Shown here in pieces: positions 49,211 to 61,962 of a stretch of 64,000 bases of DNA. The stretch is from Octopus vulgaris. Lineage: Eukaryota. The notes below the pieces were generated by a model. It worked only from the letters and a program-made list of their open reading frames with translations, was not told the DNA's origin and ran no database searches. Both the position numbers and the translations under genes were made by a program. Location: the NCBI GenBank assembly GCA_951406725.2, contig OX597824.1, positions 65,100,001-65,164,000 of the forward strand, written 5' to 3'. Within the stretch, counting starts at the first letter, position 1, and each line of letters begins with the position of its first letter.

Positions 49211-51116
49211 GTGTGACACTATGAGTTGAATTAAGCAAAGACATGAAGCTCCAAAATAAGCCTTGTCTCATTGCTATGAATGTCTTGTTTTATGATGGCA
49301 CCAGAAACCTTCTCCATTTTTCCAATGTGATCCAGCACAGAGCAATGCATCCGTTGCTAGCTTGTTTGCAAGGCAAATATAAATCTGCATTAATATACAC
49401 ACTAACCATGCACACATATTCATGCATGCTAATTGCAGATGAGCACACTGAGATAGAAAAAAAAAAAAACAATACAATAAAAACAAAATCCCAGTGTCAA
49501 TGTAGGCTTATCTAATGCAATGCTAAAAGCAGTTTCCATGTTTTATTCAAAGAAAAGCCATAGAAACACTGGATGCAAAAAGAAAATTTAAAATTTAAAA
49601 AGAAATAATAGATAACTCAATGAATTAAATATAGAGGAATGATTCTTCAGAAGAATGGAGAAATTTGGTTGACAAAAGATACAAATTTTCTTTTATATCA
49701 AACAAAGTGTTCACAGAAATAAGAGGTAGGGGGAAGGAAATTCATAAACGCATACGGCTAACCACACATACACACACACAAAAAAAAAATCATTGTCAAA
49801 TACTTAAGTTATCTTCCTTGATCTTAATTTCTCTATCCTGAACTGCGGGGTTAGTGGGAGAAAGATTCAACCCCCCTCCCCATAACTGATTCACCACTAC
49901 TATCACTTTTACCACCATCATTCCTCAACACTCAAGTTAGAATTATTTCTGGGACAATTTTGTTTTCAGTGCTTAGTCAAGAGAAAGGGAAATGTGTATG
50001 ATTGTTTCCAGAGCCTCCAAGACTGGAGGGAAGGAAGTGCTAGGTATTCTCAAAGTGGAAACCTATCTTAAATACTTGTGACAGAGTGTATTTCACTAAA
50101 GACATACAGAGGCAGGTAGCTGTGTTAAACTAGGTAACAGTTTGTAAGTATTCATAGCTTTCTTAGCTTTCCCTTTAGAAACAAGGGATGGGAAACAAAT
50201 GTTAGGTCACAGTGAGTATTTCCATTCAACCTTTACATTATTAAAATAATGATGAAAAAAAGCAAAAAAATTCACAGTACAAATATAATTCAAGTAGAAG
50301 TTGGGTATTCAAGCAGTGATTAACCTGTGACCTAAAAGGGCAGGAATACTTTGTATGTGTGTATACATATATATAGATACACAGACACACACATACACAT
50401 ATATATATATATATTCATACATATAAATATATATTATTTCTATTATTTTAAGCTATGCAGGCTTGGAGCTTGGAGTTACCCCAGCTTCCATAGCATTATA
50501 AACAAGAGGAAGACACCCCATGGATAGCTAATCAATTGCATTTGTTTTCCTGAACTCCTCTCAAACAAATCAAGCTAGAAAATTCAAGCACAAGGCATCC
50601 ATTGCTAAATCAAATGTCCAGTTTGATCAGCATCCTTAACAATGTTTGCTGGATACCAGATATACATTTTATTTAGTTCATCTGATCATCCCAGCTATCC
50701 AGAATCAGAATCACAAAATCACAAAAATCACAAAAGTTTCAAAACTTTTTACTGATCAATATTAATTCTGAACTCTTTTTGTGCTGACTCAAAATATCTT
50801 CATATATATATGAGAGAGAAAGAAAGAGATTTTAAAAATAGCATCAAGTAACAAAGATTAGATTAGAAAGTAGGATCTCAAAGGATTACTAGTAGCCTAA
50901 TCTTACAGAATACAGTGAAAGGGGTATACTGATAACAAACTTCTCTGTAATAGTTTAATTGCATAAGGGAGAGGGGTGCTTAGGATAGTGTAACTAATTC
51001 CTACCCTAAAATTAAAGAAATGATGGGAGTGGAAGAGAATGTGTTTGTTGAAAAAAGGAGGTAATAAGGAAGAGGGTTAAAAACTAACAGTCAACAAGGA
51101 AAACATCCTAGAAGTT

Positions 51117-51263
51117 TTAACAAATGTTCTCCTCCTCTTCTGTGATTTTATTCTTGATTCTCAAGAAAATCATCGTCAGCCATTGGTCTAGCCGAGATAT
51201 GGAATCGTAGTCACTAACAGCTTTAGTGAATGCCTCAATGTTGTCCATTGAATCCAAAACAGT
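51117..51263 (-). CDS. NAPA: alpha-SNAP last exon ([10 protein letters not shown]...EEEENIC*)
   Basis: ttacag| acceptor; [20 protein letters not shown] motif; TAA at 51119-51117. Confidence 0.94.
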   Translation of the reverse strand, partial: TVLDSMDNIEAFTKAVSDYDSISRLDQWLTMIFLRIKNKITEEEENIC

Positions 51264-54200
51264 CTGTAAATGAAAATGTCAGAGATGTAAATAAACAAAT
51301 ACATTTAATATATATAATTTACTAGTTATGCATTTTTACTCCTATCAAAAGCATGAAGACAGATTTTTTTTTTAGAGAATATGAGAATATAACATTATGC
51401 TACTCCAAAGTTATTTGTAAAATGAATGAAGCAACAGAATTCAAACAGTGACTGGAAAACCAACTGGCAGATTCAATTTGCAAGGATTGTGCATCTTAAT
51501 CAGTGCCTGTACTTTGAAAATGAAAATAATGATATTAACAATTTCTCCTTTAAATGACACCTTAGCATCTTAATAAGGAGAGGAAACATTAAAAAATATA
51601 GTTCTACATAGCTTCAATAAGAAGGAATGTTATCGATTGTAAGTCTGTTTGATAACAGTTGAACTGAAGCTAAAAGAAATAACTCTTGAAAACTTCAGCC
51701 AATGTTAGTGACAGAGATATATTTGTATTTGATTAATTTGATTATGGTAATTTACTGGCTGCAAAGCAACAAAGGCTGAACTATTGATGTACTTCAATTG
51801 CCCATGACCTTTATGCATGAACTTGGTTTCTTGACAATGCATCACATCAAGTTCAAGACTAAAACTGGCTTGTTTCAAGCTATGATAGGAGGATAGCTCT
51901 GTCAAAGACTATATCACTAGAAAATAATGATAACATACCTTTAATAAGTTACACTCCCTTGAGTCAGAGAATGCCGGGAACATCTCCTCGTATTTTGGAA
52001 TCACCAGTTTAGCATTAACAATATCATTACACATATGACAGAGAGCAGCTCGAAAGAAATGATCTTTAGCACTGTATTTCAATAATGAATTCTCCATTGA
52101 AGCAGAAGCAACCTAAAATTTGAAGAAAAAAATTGAAGCATTTTTACTAACAGTTTGATTGTAACTATCTTTTTTGTATAAAGAAATATGTGCAAGTGTT
52201 TTCATGAATGCTTTAGTGTTTCTTGTTGTACATCCTTAATAGCATTTTTTCTTTGGCTAATGCATACACAAGCTATAAGTGGTTGAGCATATTCATGTAT
52301 GTAAATTTAACAAAAAAAGAAAAAGACATTAATAGAATTACACAAACATTTTATGCTTAACCAGTTATTTTCATGTTTTATTCTGTTTTGTGGCTGTGTG
52401 TAAAATACATTTTGTTTCCTAATTACATAATTTCAGGTTCAGTCCCACAGCGTAGCATCTTGGACTTTGGGCAAGTGTTTCCTACAATAGCACAAGGTCA
52501 GCCAAAGCATTGCGAATGGATTTGGTTGACGGAAACTGAAAGAAGCCCATCATTGTGTGTGTGTGTACCTGTGTTACTGTCTCCCTGCCTTCATATCACA
52601 TGATAGTTGTAAGCGAGTGTCATCATCATGCAAGCAGTGTCCTTTGTTTCCAATCTCTTAAGATATGTCTGGTCACCAGGAAATATTACCTTACTTGGAA
52701 ACAGGTAAGGGTTGGCAACAAGAAGGGCATCATCATCATCATCATCATCGTTTAGCGTCCGTTTTCCATGCTAGCATGGGTTGGACGGTTCTACTGGGGT
52801 CTGTGAAGCCAGAAGGCTTCATCAGGCCCAGTCAAATCTGGCAGTGTTTCTACGGCTGGATGCCCTTCCTAACGCCAACCACTCCGAGAGTGTAGTGGGT
52901 GCTTTTTACGTGCCACCCGCACAGGTGCCAGACAGAGCTGGCAAACGGCCACGAACGGATGGTGCTTTTTATGTGCCACCGGCACGAGGGCCAGGCGAGG
53001 CTGGCAACGGACACGAAACGGGGCGGTGCTGGCAACGGTTGCGAAACGGAAGGTTCTCTTACATGCCACCGGCACTGGTAACACATCTGCAATTTCCATT
53101 GATCGATTTCGATTCTGATCCTCACTTGCCTCAACGGGTCTTCACAAGTAGAGTTTCGACATGCCACCGGCACTGGTAACACATCTGCAATTTCCATTGA
53201 TCGATTTCGATTCTGATCCTCACTTGCCTCAACAGGTCTTCACAAGTAGAGTTTTGTGTCCCAAGAAGGGAAGGTATGCATACGTAGGCTGGCTCCATCC
53301 CATGTAGAAGGCCACGGGTTATGGACTCACTTGTCCTGCCGGGTCTTCTCGCGCACAGCACACTTCCAGAGGACTCGTTCTCTAATCATTTCCTCAGTGA
53401 GACCTAAAGTTCGAAGGTCGTGCTTCACCACCTCGTCCCAGGTTTTCCTGGGTCTGCCTCTTCCACAGGTTCCCTCAACCGCTAGGGTGTGGCACTTTTT
53501 CACACAACTATCTTCATCCATTCTCGCCACATTACCATACCAGCGCAAACATGTTTCACTGCCATGTAGCATGGCTGTTCGTACACACGCATCATACAGT
53601 CTGCCTTTCACTCTGTGCGAGAGGCCTTTTGTCACCAGCAGAGGTAAGAGCTCTGGCCATATAAAATCTGCCTCATCAAATTCCATTCCAACCCATGCAA
53701 GAATGGAAAAGTGGACATTAAATGATAATGATGATAATATTACACACACACACATGGTTACAAATGTCTAGTTTCTAGAAAATTTGTCAATTTATAATTG
53801 ACAAACCAGCCATATCTGGCCCAAGTATTCCATCTGTTTTATGCTCAAGCCAGCCAGATCCATCCTTTCACTCCTACTATACAATGTCATTCTAAAAATA
53901 AATAATCACACCATCAGAAACTTGAAGCTACAAGATAATGCATGATTAATTCAGACCAATATGAATAAATAAACCTTACACTTGACACAGTGTAATCTGA
54001 ATGCTAAAGGGTTAAAACTTCCAGATTTCAAGTAACTACAATTTCTCATTCCCTTATTTACCCCATGTGATTAAAAACACAAATCTTATGTTGTTTGAAA
54101 TTTCCTCTTAGATTCTCTTCATTAAAGAGGATCTGTTTCGAGGTTTAAATTTTGAGTTTTTTTAATGACACTTTCAACTGAGATATAGAAAAGGAAAATA

Positions 54201-57200
54201 TAATAGCACGAACATGATTAGTTACTTTATTACCTCTTCTTACTATCTACTGCAGAGTTCCAACAAAGAAATGAAGATCTCCAGCATAAATACTACAGAG
54301 GTAATACTTAGTAACATTAAGACTGTTGTTGTTCTATCATGACTGACTCTCCAGTTGTGGTCTTACAAGACTTTCCTTTTGTAAATCAAGGCTTGATATA
54401 AGTTCCCAATTTTCTGGCCTCAGCCCAATCTGTTGCCTTTATAGATGTTTAAGTCAAAGTAATGTTGGACTAAAGGACATAATTGTTATCCCAGTACCCT
54501 AGTACTCTAGATTGCAGCTAATAGGCAAACTGGAGACCTATGCAATCTGCTTCATGATACCAGCAAGAAGATTTTGGAGATTCCTTTTATGGTTTCACAA
54601 ATACACAGATTTTATATATTTACTAGCAGAGATACCCAGTGTTGCTCGGGATTAAAATGGCATAGTTTGTGTATATATTACAGTTATGTTGAAACAGGTG
54701 ATATAGGAAAGTGCAACATTGATGACAAAACATTTGTGGTGTAAATGATGGACTAATTCGACTAAACAACATGTCATGCGTCCATTTGAAGTACTCTAGG
54801 CCCTAACCTGTCATGGAAAATTGGGGGTGGGAAATATGTGATTTTTGAATGCACTGCAAAGCTGTCAGTGGAATACTCTCCTTTGCGGCGGTTAGCACTG
54901 CGTCTTGCACAACCCGTCATCTGAAGTTTTGACGCCACCTTCAGGTTTGTTGTCCTACACACTCATAAAGTAAATTTGGAGGAACTGTGGTTGTTCATTT
55001 GTGGGTAACAGGGAAGCAATGAGGTGATAGACTTGCCCTTGAACTTTGAATGTTGACATAAATTCATGTTCAACTATTTCCTTAGATGTGTCAAACAATG
55101 TCATTTGAAATGCAGAATTGTATTGTCTGAAATTTTTCAGAAAATCCTTTGACTGGATGGAAGTACCTTCCAGAAGATCCATAAAAGGTTGAGGAGGAGC
55201 TGGTAGTGCTGACAATCTTACCTTACTGCCTGAGCAGCACATGTCAATACTTTCATTTGGAAATTTTAAAGCTTTGCAGAAACAACAATTTGAGTTCAGT
55301 ACACCAATCTGGACAAAATTATCATTTTTATAAGAATGGGATGGATCATATCTGAAAGCAGCTCCAAGAGTTGTGAAGAACGAATTTGTACGTTATCTGT
55401 TTTTGAGAGCTGTTCTTTTGGATTTCTGTCTAATCATTAAAACATTGTTGTAATGATTCAGCATTAAGTGCTGCTGCAGGCCTTTGCTGATCCTGGGAAA
55501 GCCTCATCTCACTTGTCTTGAGACTGCATTTGACATGCTGCTTTTGCTGATCTTGAGAAAATCTCATCTTGCTTCTGTCTTGAGACTGCATTTGATGTGC
55601 TGCTGCATGTCTTTACTGATCTTGGGAATGTCTCATCTCTCTTCCCTATTGAGACTCCATTTGACATTCTGAAACATGCGTTTGCTAATCTGGAGAAAGT
55701 CTCATCTTCCTTCTGTCTTGAGACTCTCACCTTCAGTTTTCTACAATCCTTCTTGCTTTGTACTTGTTTCTAGAGAGATTACATCATTTCTTTGGTTTTT
55801 TTAAGCAGTTGTATGTAGTTTGTCTTTAGTTTTGCATACAATATAAATTAACCAAATATTTATCACATTAGAATTAAAAGTGAAAGAATAGAAGTGAAAC
55901 AATATTATATCACATTACAATACAGATCTTCTTTCACTTTTGATACATAATACCAAACCAGTGCCAATGTTATGTTGTTTTAATCCAAATGAAAAAAAAA
56001 ATACATGTTGACACTCACAGGGTCTGATACTATTACTTTGTAAAATTTGATTTGATTTGGTTGAGTCATTTGAGAATGCATAGGGAACAGACAGACTGAC
56101 AAAGAATTTTATGCATATAGATTACATAAAATTTCCAGTACCCCATAGGATTTTAAGCAATAATGCAGTGTTTTTTGGAAACATGCCAATAAAAATAAAA
56201 TCACACTGGTCACACCAGCGCATCACATCATAAACAAAAAGCAGGTCCCCTACCTCTTCATAAATATCAATTGCTTTTTGGTACTGCTCTAGCTGTGCTG
56301 AGTATTGAGCCACTTTCAGGAAGCATTTATTAGCTGCACTGTAATAAAAGAATAGCAATTTAAAACAAATAATAAAAAGTTTATTCTCATTGCTTTACTT
56401 TTATTTATTTATATTGTTTTCCTAGTTTCAAATGATGGCCAGATCTACAAATTCAAATTTTTGTTTTTAACCAAGTAAAAGAGAAGAAAATTCTACATAT
56501 TTATATTTAATATCAAGATAGATACAAATTGCTTCTAAACTATTATGTAAATTTTCCAAAAATAGTTAAGATAGAATTGAGCTCTTTTGAGCAATTTATC
56601 TTGGCTGATGTTATTATAAACTTTGCAGCTTATGCCTAGGCAGGTGAAGTGATTAGAGAGAGGAATATTATGGATAAATCAAGACTCTGAAGGATGAAAA
56701 GTAAAGTGAACTTCAGCAAGAACTGAACTCTGAACATTGCAGTATCAAAATCTACCCAATATTCCAATCTCCAGGACAGTTCTAACAACTTTGCAAATTC
56801 AAATATTTATATGCCTTATCACACTTGTTTCTGTTTCACATATAAAATGTTATTTTTTCTTTTTGTCATCATAAAAGAATGAAGGAATGCAGTCCATTAA
56901 GTAAATCTTTTGTGGCATATGAGAAGAAGTTGTTTAAATTTATTTAAATTCTAAATAAATTTCATCACACAAGAAATATTCAAATAAATTTCAGCACAAA
57001 GTAAATCTCGACATGTGTCATTTGTTTTAAATATAAATTAGAATATTAGAACCAAAAAAGAAATGTCACAAACCTTGTGGATTCTTCTCCTTTATAATAG
57101 TCAGCAGCTTGTTCATAGTGAGAAATAGCCTATGTAAAAAAAGAAATAATACTATGAACTAATACACAAAATATCTTTAAATTAAGATCACATTAAGTCA

Positions 57201-60200
57201 ATGTTTCTCCAAAGTTGGACCTAGAATTGTGAAGCCATTGAACAACTTTTCAATAAGAATATTCTTTTTGCTGATATATCACTGGAATTGTCATAGCACT
57301 AAAATAACAGAATGGATTCAGACCCTAGTTCTGATATAGGCTGTATATAATAGCTAATGTACAACAGTCTATTCTATATGAACTCATCACATACAGGTTT
57401 CTATCATTTTGTGGATATATTCTTCAGTTATGAGGGATTCCTCTCAATCTGTTTTTTTAACAGAGCTTCAGCTATGTCCTATGTACTATTTCTATTATTA
57501 TTACTATTATTATTATTAGCTGAGGTTGACTTTGCCTTTCATCCTTTTGGGGTTGATAAAATCGATTTAATCCCTCTCCTGAAATTGCTGGCCATGAACC
57601 AAAATTTGAAACCATTATTATTAGTCCTGATGCACTAGTGAAGACTGGATGTATAAATTAGCTTGTACTTCATTTCAGTAATAATTTGATTCCAGCCACA
57701 CCAAAGAATGACTGGCACTAAACTTTGAGATAGATATAAGAAAAGGAACAGTACACATGAAAGTAACTGGAACAGAGACATGTGAGGAAGTCTTGTCAAT
57801 AGCCTATACTTAAAGAAAAATAATGGTAATAAGATAAAATGTGTGCCTGGATTGAACTTCCTCTGATATTCAGTTTTTTTGTTTTCTCTCAGAGCATTTA
57901 TCCTGCTTCAGAACTAGATCAGCTTGGTTTTTATATTGAAGCAACCAAGATGTTGCTCCAATTAATACATCACTCAAGATGACATTGGAAAACAATCACT
58001 GCTGGCTGGCTCTTGATAGAACTGCTCCCATTATCAAGGAATTTTGATAGGAGGCAGAATATTAACTCAGAATGCACAAAACTAGAAGATACTGTAAAGC
58101 ATCTTATCCAGTGGTCAAATAATTCTGTCACTCCAATGTTCTTTATCAATCCCAACATATAAAAATCAAAATTGACCTCTGTGGGATTTGAACTCACAGT
58201 GCAGAGAGTTGAAACATACTGAAACACATTCAGTTTAAAGCCCTAACAGAGCTGCCAATTTGTTACCTCCTCTAATATTTAATATAGCACATGATTTCAT
58301 TTGGGTAGACTGAGAATAGAAATCATCATCATTGTTGTTTAACATCTACCTTCCATGATGGCAAGGGTTGGACAGTTTGACTGAAAACTGGTTGCACCAG
58401 ATTCCAATATGATTTGGCAAAGTTTCTATGGCTGGATGACCTTCCTAACGCCAACCACTCCAAGAGTGTAGTAGATGCTTTTTACATGCCACCAGCACAG
58501 GTGCCATTGACTCGACACCGGCATCAGATGGTCTCACTTGGCTCAGCAGATCAACACAAGCACAGTATATTGCCAAGGGTCTTGGTCACCTGTCACTGCC
58601 TCCATGAGGACCAACACATGAACAGTGCTTTTTACATGTCACTGGCACGGATGTCAGACAGCACTGACATCAGCCATGACTACAATTTCATTCGGTTTGA
58701 CAGGTTTTCACAAGCACAGCATATCAACACTGGCATTGGCCACGACTACGATCTCACTTGGCTTGACAGGTCTTCTCAAGTACAGCATATCTCCAAAGGC
58801 CTCAGTTGCTTGTCATTGCCTCTGTGAGGTCCAACATTCAAAGATAGTGCTTCACCACCTCATCCCATGTCTTTTTGGGTCTACCTCTTCCACAGGTTAC
58901 CTCCACTGTTAGAGTGTGACACTTCTTCACACAGCTGTCCTCATCCATACTCACCACATGACTATACCAGCACAGTCGTATCTCTTGCACACATCTGATG
59001 CTTCTTATGTTCAACTCTTACACTCAGTTGTGCATACACACTGACATTACACATTCAATGGAGTATACTAGCTTCATTTCTTACAAGCCTACGCATGTCC
59101 TCAGCAGTCACAGCCCATGTTTCACTGCCATGTAGCATGGCTGTTCACACACAGGCATCATACAGTTTGCCTTTCACTCTGAGCAAGAGGCCCTTTGTTA
59201 CCAGCAGAGGTAGAAGCTCTCTGAACTTTGCCCAGCTTATTCTTATAGCTATGCTTTCAGAGCATCAACCGCTACTGACTTGGTCACCTAGGTAACAGAA
59301 GCTATCAACTACTTCTAGTTTTCCCCACTGGCATGTGATGGAATCTATTTTCTGTACATTTTTGGTGTTTATTGTACCTTTGCACTTTCCACACACCAAA
59401 TTATCTTCCCTGTTAACCTTCCTCTGATATTGCTACACCTCTTATGTGTCCATAGCTTACACTGGGTACATCTTAAGGAGTTTCTACCTATACCTTTTCT
59501 ACAGATCAAACCGGGCTGTCTACCTGAAGGGATTTGTGATTTGTTTGCTTTCCTATTTACTAAGACTTTGGTTTTTGCTAGATAAACTTTAAAGCCCTTC
59601 TATTCTAGTCCTTGCTTCCACACCTGAAACTTCTTCTCTAGTTCTGGTAGTGATTCAGCTATAAGAGCAAGGTCATCAGCATAAAAGGGCAGCCTGTCTT
59701 GAATTGCCTATAGGACTATGATGAACAAGAGGGGGCTGAGGACTGATCCTTGGTGAACCCCTATTTCTACTCTGAATCCTTTGCTATACTCATTGCCAAC
59801 CCTCACCTTGCTGACAGCATCCCTGTTGTGTATAAATGTCTTATTCTAGAATACAACACAATCCAAATACTGCAACTTCTCAAAAAGAAAATAACCAACC
59901 TGCTCAATGTCAGCCATCTCATTCTCATATATTTCAGCGACAGTAATATGATGTTTGGCAGCAATAGTGAATCTACCCTGTAAGAAAAAGAACAAAACTA
60001 TTTACGTCTTTGTTACAGAGCATTTGTCAAAACTACAGAAACTCAAATTTACATTCATATGCAATAAATATGATAAGTAGTTGTGTTTCCCTCAGGGGCT
60101 CTAACACTAATTAGAGGGAGCCTCAAACCAAGACTGCATATATCACTTAAAATTAATTTTAAATGCAATGCAGTTTTCATGATAAATAAAACTGTATGTA

Positions 60201-61962
60201 AGATTTAAAAACTGCTGAAGGGAGAAATCAGTTTCACGGAATTATGAAGAAGAATTCAAGAAGTTTAAGTAATACTCACCATATCTGTGTAAATTTCAAC
60301 AGCTTTCAAGAGACTGTTGATAGCTTCTGCACAATAAAATAAAGAAATAAAATTGTTTTTAAAGTGACATTGACATTAGAAATGGATGAAATAATAAAAA
60401 CAATTATTTACAGCTTATTTCAAGAAACATTCAGAAGAACATGTGTGTGTGTGTGCACATGTATGCATGTATGTATATATTTATTTCACTTAGGCATTAC
60501 AATACTAATAACTTGGTGTAGAATTCAATATACATATGCTTCCGAACAAAGCATTAGTCAAGTACAAAGTGATAATAAGAAAAAAGAGATAACAAAGGAA
60601 GAAATGATTAGCTTACAACTGTTTCCGCTATAAGAGGTGGTGTACTCATAGTTGAGTGACTGAGTAATACTTTATAGCTTCATCAGAACCTCAAACATGA
60701 AGTGTTACTCAGAGACTTTCAACAATGAGTCCACTGCACCTTATAGCGGAAACAGCTGTAAGCTAATATCTGTCTTTCCATGCCATCATGAGTTAGATAA
60801 ATATATCATTGAATCATTGCTTTACAACCAGATACTCAAGGATGTAAAACTGAGGGAAGATGATAAAAGAAAAAAAAAAACAGTCAACTCTTACCATTAG
60901 GATCAGCTTTCTTGTAAGCATTCCCTGCATCAACGTAATGTGATGCAGCTTCATGTCGACTTTGAAGACTAATCTGAAGCTGGGCTGCTCTACAAAAACA
61001 TTGTCCAGCAGCTATAAAACAATAAGGTAAAAAGAATAGATATACAGAAGGTCAAATGTGCCAATAATTAACTGGTTTTGAATTATCTGTAACTACTAAA
61101 TACCGAAAAAAAAACAAAGAATTTTTGACTTAGAATGCTTTGCTCTAAAATCTAGAATAATTATAGCCTCAAAGCCAAAAGGTACATTTTGCTAACATTC
61201 CAAAAATGTTCACTTCTTTGAGTTGCATGTCCAACTATATAATTTGTACTATAGACTGCTTAATCAGAGACCTCAGAGAAATTGTCAAATCAATCAAAGA
61301 ACGGGGAGTGTTTTGTTTTGTTTTTAGTTAAGGTACCTTCTCAACTTCAATGGAGCCAAAGTTTACCTTGATTAACTCCCTAACATTTTGAAAATGAAGA
61401 TTAGAAATTTCGTACCAAAACAGAGAAAAAATTAAGACAGAAATGTTCACATCACAAATGAGTACACTGCACTTAATACAACTAAATACCACCCTGAAAT
61501 AATATATTACAGTGTATTACATGGACTAAAATCAAACTGAAGTATGACTTAGCATGCTTGATTTGGGTCATTTCCAAGAAGGTGACTTCATTAACTTTCA
61601 GATGTCGTTGAATAGGGGATTTGAGCTACTCACAAACCCCAGTTCAATTTTCCCAAATAATATTGGATCTAGATGGTGCTTAGATAGAAAAATGGTCACC
61701 ATACAGGTTTTAACCAAGCCTGACAATGTTCACCTTCAGAGATCTGTAGAAAAATGTTTATTTCTATGATATGGCTTCTAGCATCTTATACAAAAACATA
61801 ATTTCTATCTTTATATACTTTGTGAAAATACTGTGATAAATATAAGAGTAATGCAATTGATAGACATAACATCATAACTTACAAGCCCAGTTTTTGGCCA
61901 TCTTGAATGCATTTGCAGCCCTGACAAATAATTCAGCTGCTTCTTCAGTCTTGGAAGGACTT
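51117..61962 (-). CDS. NAPA: Alpha-soluble NSF attachment protein (alpha-SNAP), 5'-partial spliced gene, 8 exons visible
   Basis: Exons 61962-61883, 61011-60895, 60326-60280, 59977-59900, 57129-57074, 56338-56254, 52112-51939 and 51263-51117 join in frame. Hallmark motifs [40 protein letters not shown] and [10 protein letters not shown]. The N-terminal exon is not in the window. Confidence 0.95.
51939..52112 (-). CDS. NAPA: alpha-SNAP exon ([17 protein letters not shown]...SRECNLLK)
   Basis: ttttag| acceptor, AAG|gtatgt donor, 58 codons. Confidence 0.94.
52728..53655 (-). mobile_element. 5'-truncated RTE LINE nested in a SINE, with internal deletion and 98-bp tandem duplication
   Basis: ORF 53327..53755 ([26 protein letters not shown]...GRGRPRKTW); duplicated blocks 53061-53156 and 53159-53254; (CAT)n tail at 52728. 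Confidence 0.88.
54623..56121 (-). mobile_element. Internally deleted Helitron retaining the Rep/Hel N-terminal region
   Basis: Minus strand A|TCTATATG ... cccgagcaacactggg hairpin ... CTAG|T; [25 protein letters not shown]...[11 protein letters not shown]...FKVQGQVYH...PQFLQIYF. Confidence 0.9.
56254..56338 (-). CDS. NAPA: alpha-SNAP exon ([28 protein letters not shown])
   Basis: ttacag| acceptor, GAG|gtaggg donor. Confidence 0.93.
57074..57129 (-). CDS. NAPA: alpha-SNAP exon ([18 protein letters not shown])
   Basis: acatag| acceptor, AG|gtttgt donor. Confidence 0.93.
58324..59830 (-). mobile_element. Older RTE LINE fragment (RT C-terminal half to 3' tail)
   Basis: Minus strand [32 protein letters not shown] and [16 protein letters not shown] motifs; same 3' tail as 13701-15640. 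Confidence 0.85.
59900..59977 (-). CDS. NAPA: alpha-SNAP exon ([26 protein letters not shown])
   Basis: ttacag| acceptor, CAG|gttggt donor. Confidence 0.93.
60280..60326 (-). CDS. NAPA: alpha-SNAP exon ([16 protein letters not shown])
   Basis: gtgcag| acceptor, ATG|gtgagt donor. Confidence 0.92.
60895..61011 (-). CDS. NAPA: alpha-SNAP exon ([11 protein letters not shown]...AYKKADPN)
   Basis: ttatag| acceptor, G|gtaaga donor. Confidence 0.93.
61694..61782 (-). pseudogene. Degenerate 5S rRNA-like sequence
   Basis: Minus strand gccatatca...gatctctgaaggtgaacattgtcaggcttggttaaaacctgtatggtgacc parallels 5S GCCATACCA...GATCTCGGAAGCTAAGCAGGGTCGGGCCTGGTTAGTACTTGGATGGGAGACC. Confidence 0.55.
61883..61962 (-). 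CDS. NAPA: alpha-SNAP exon ([26 protein letters not shown])
   Basis: ttgcag| acceptor, T|gtaagt donor. Confidence 0.93.
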
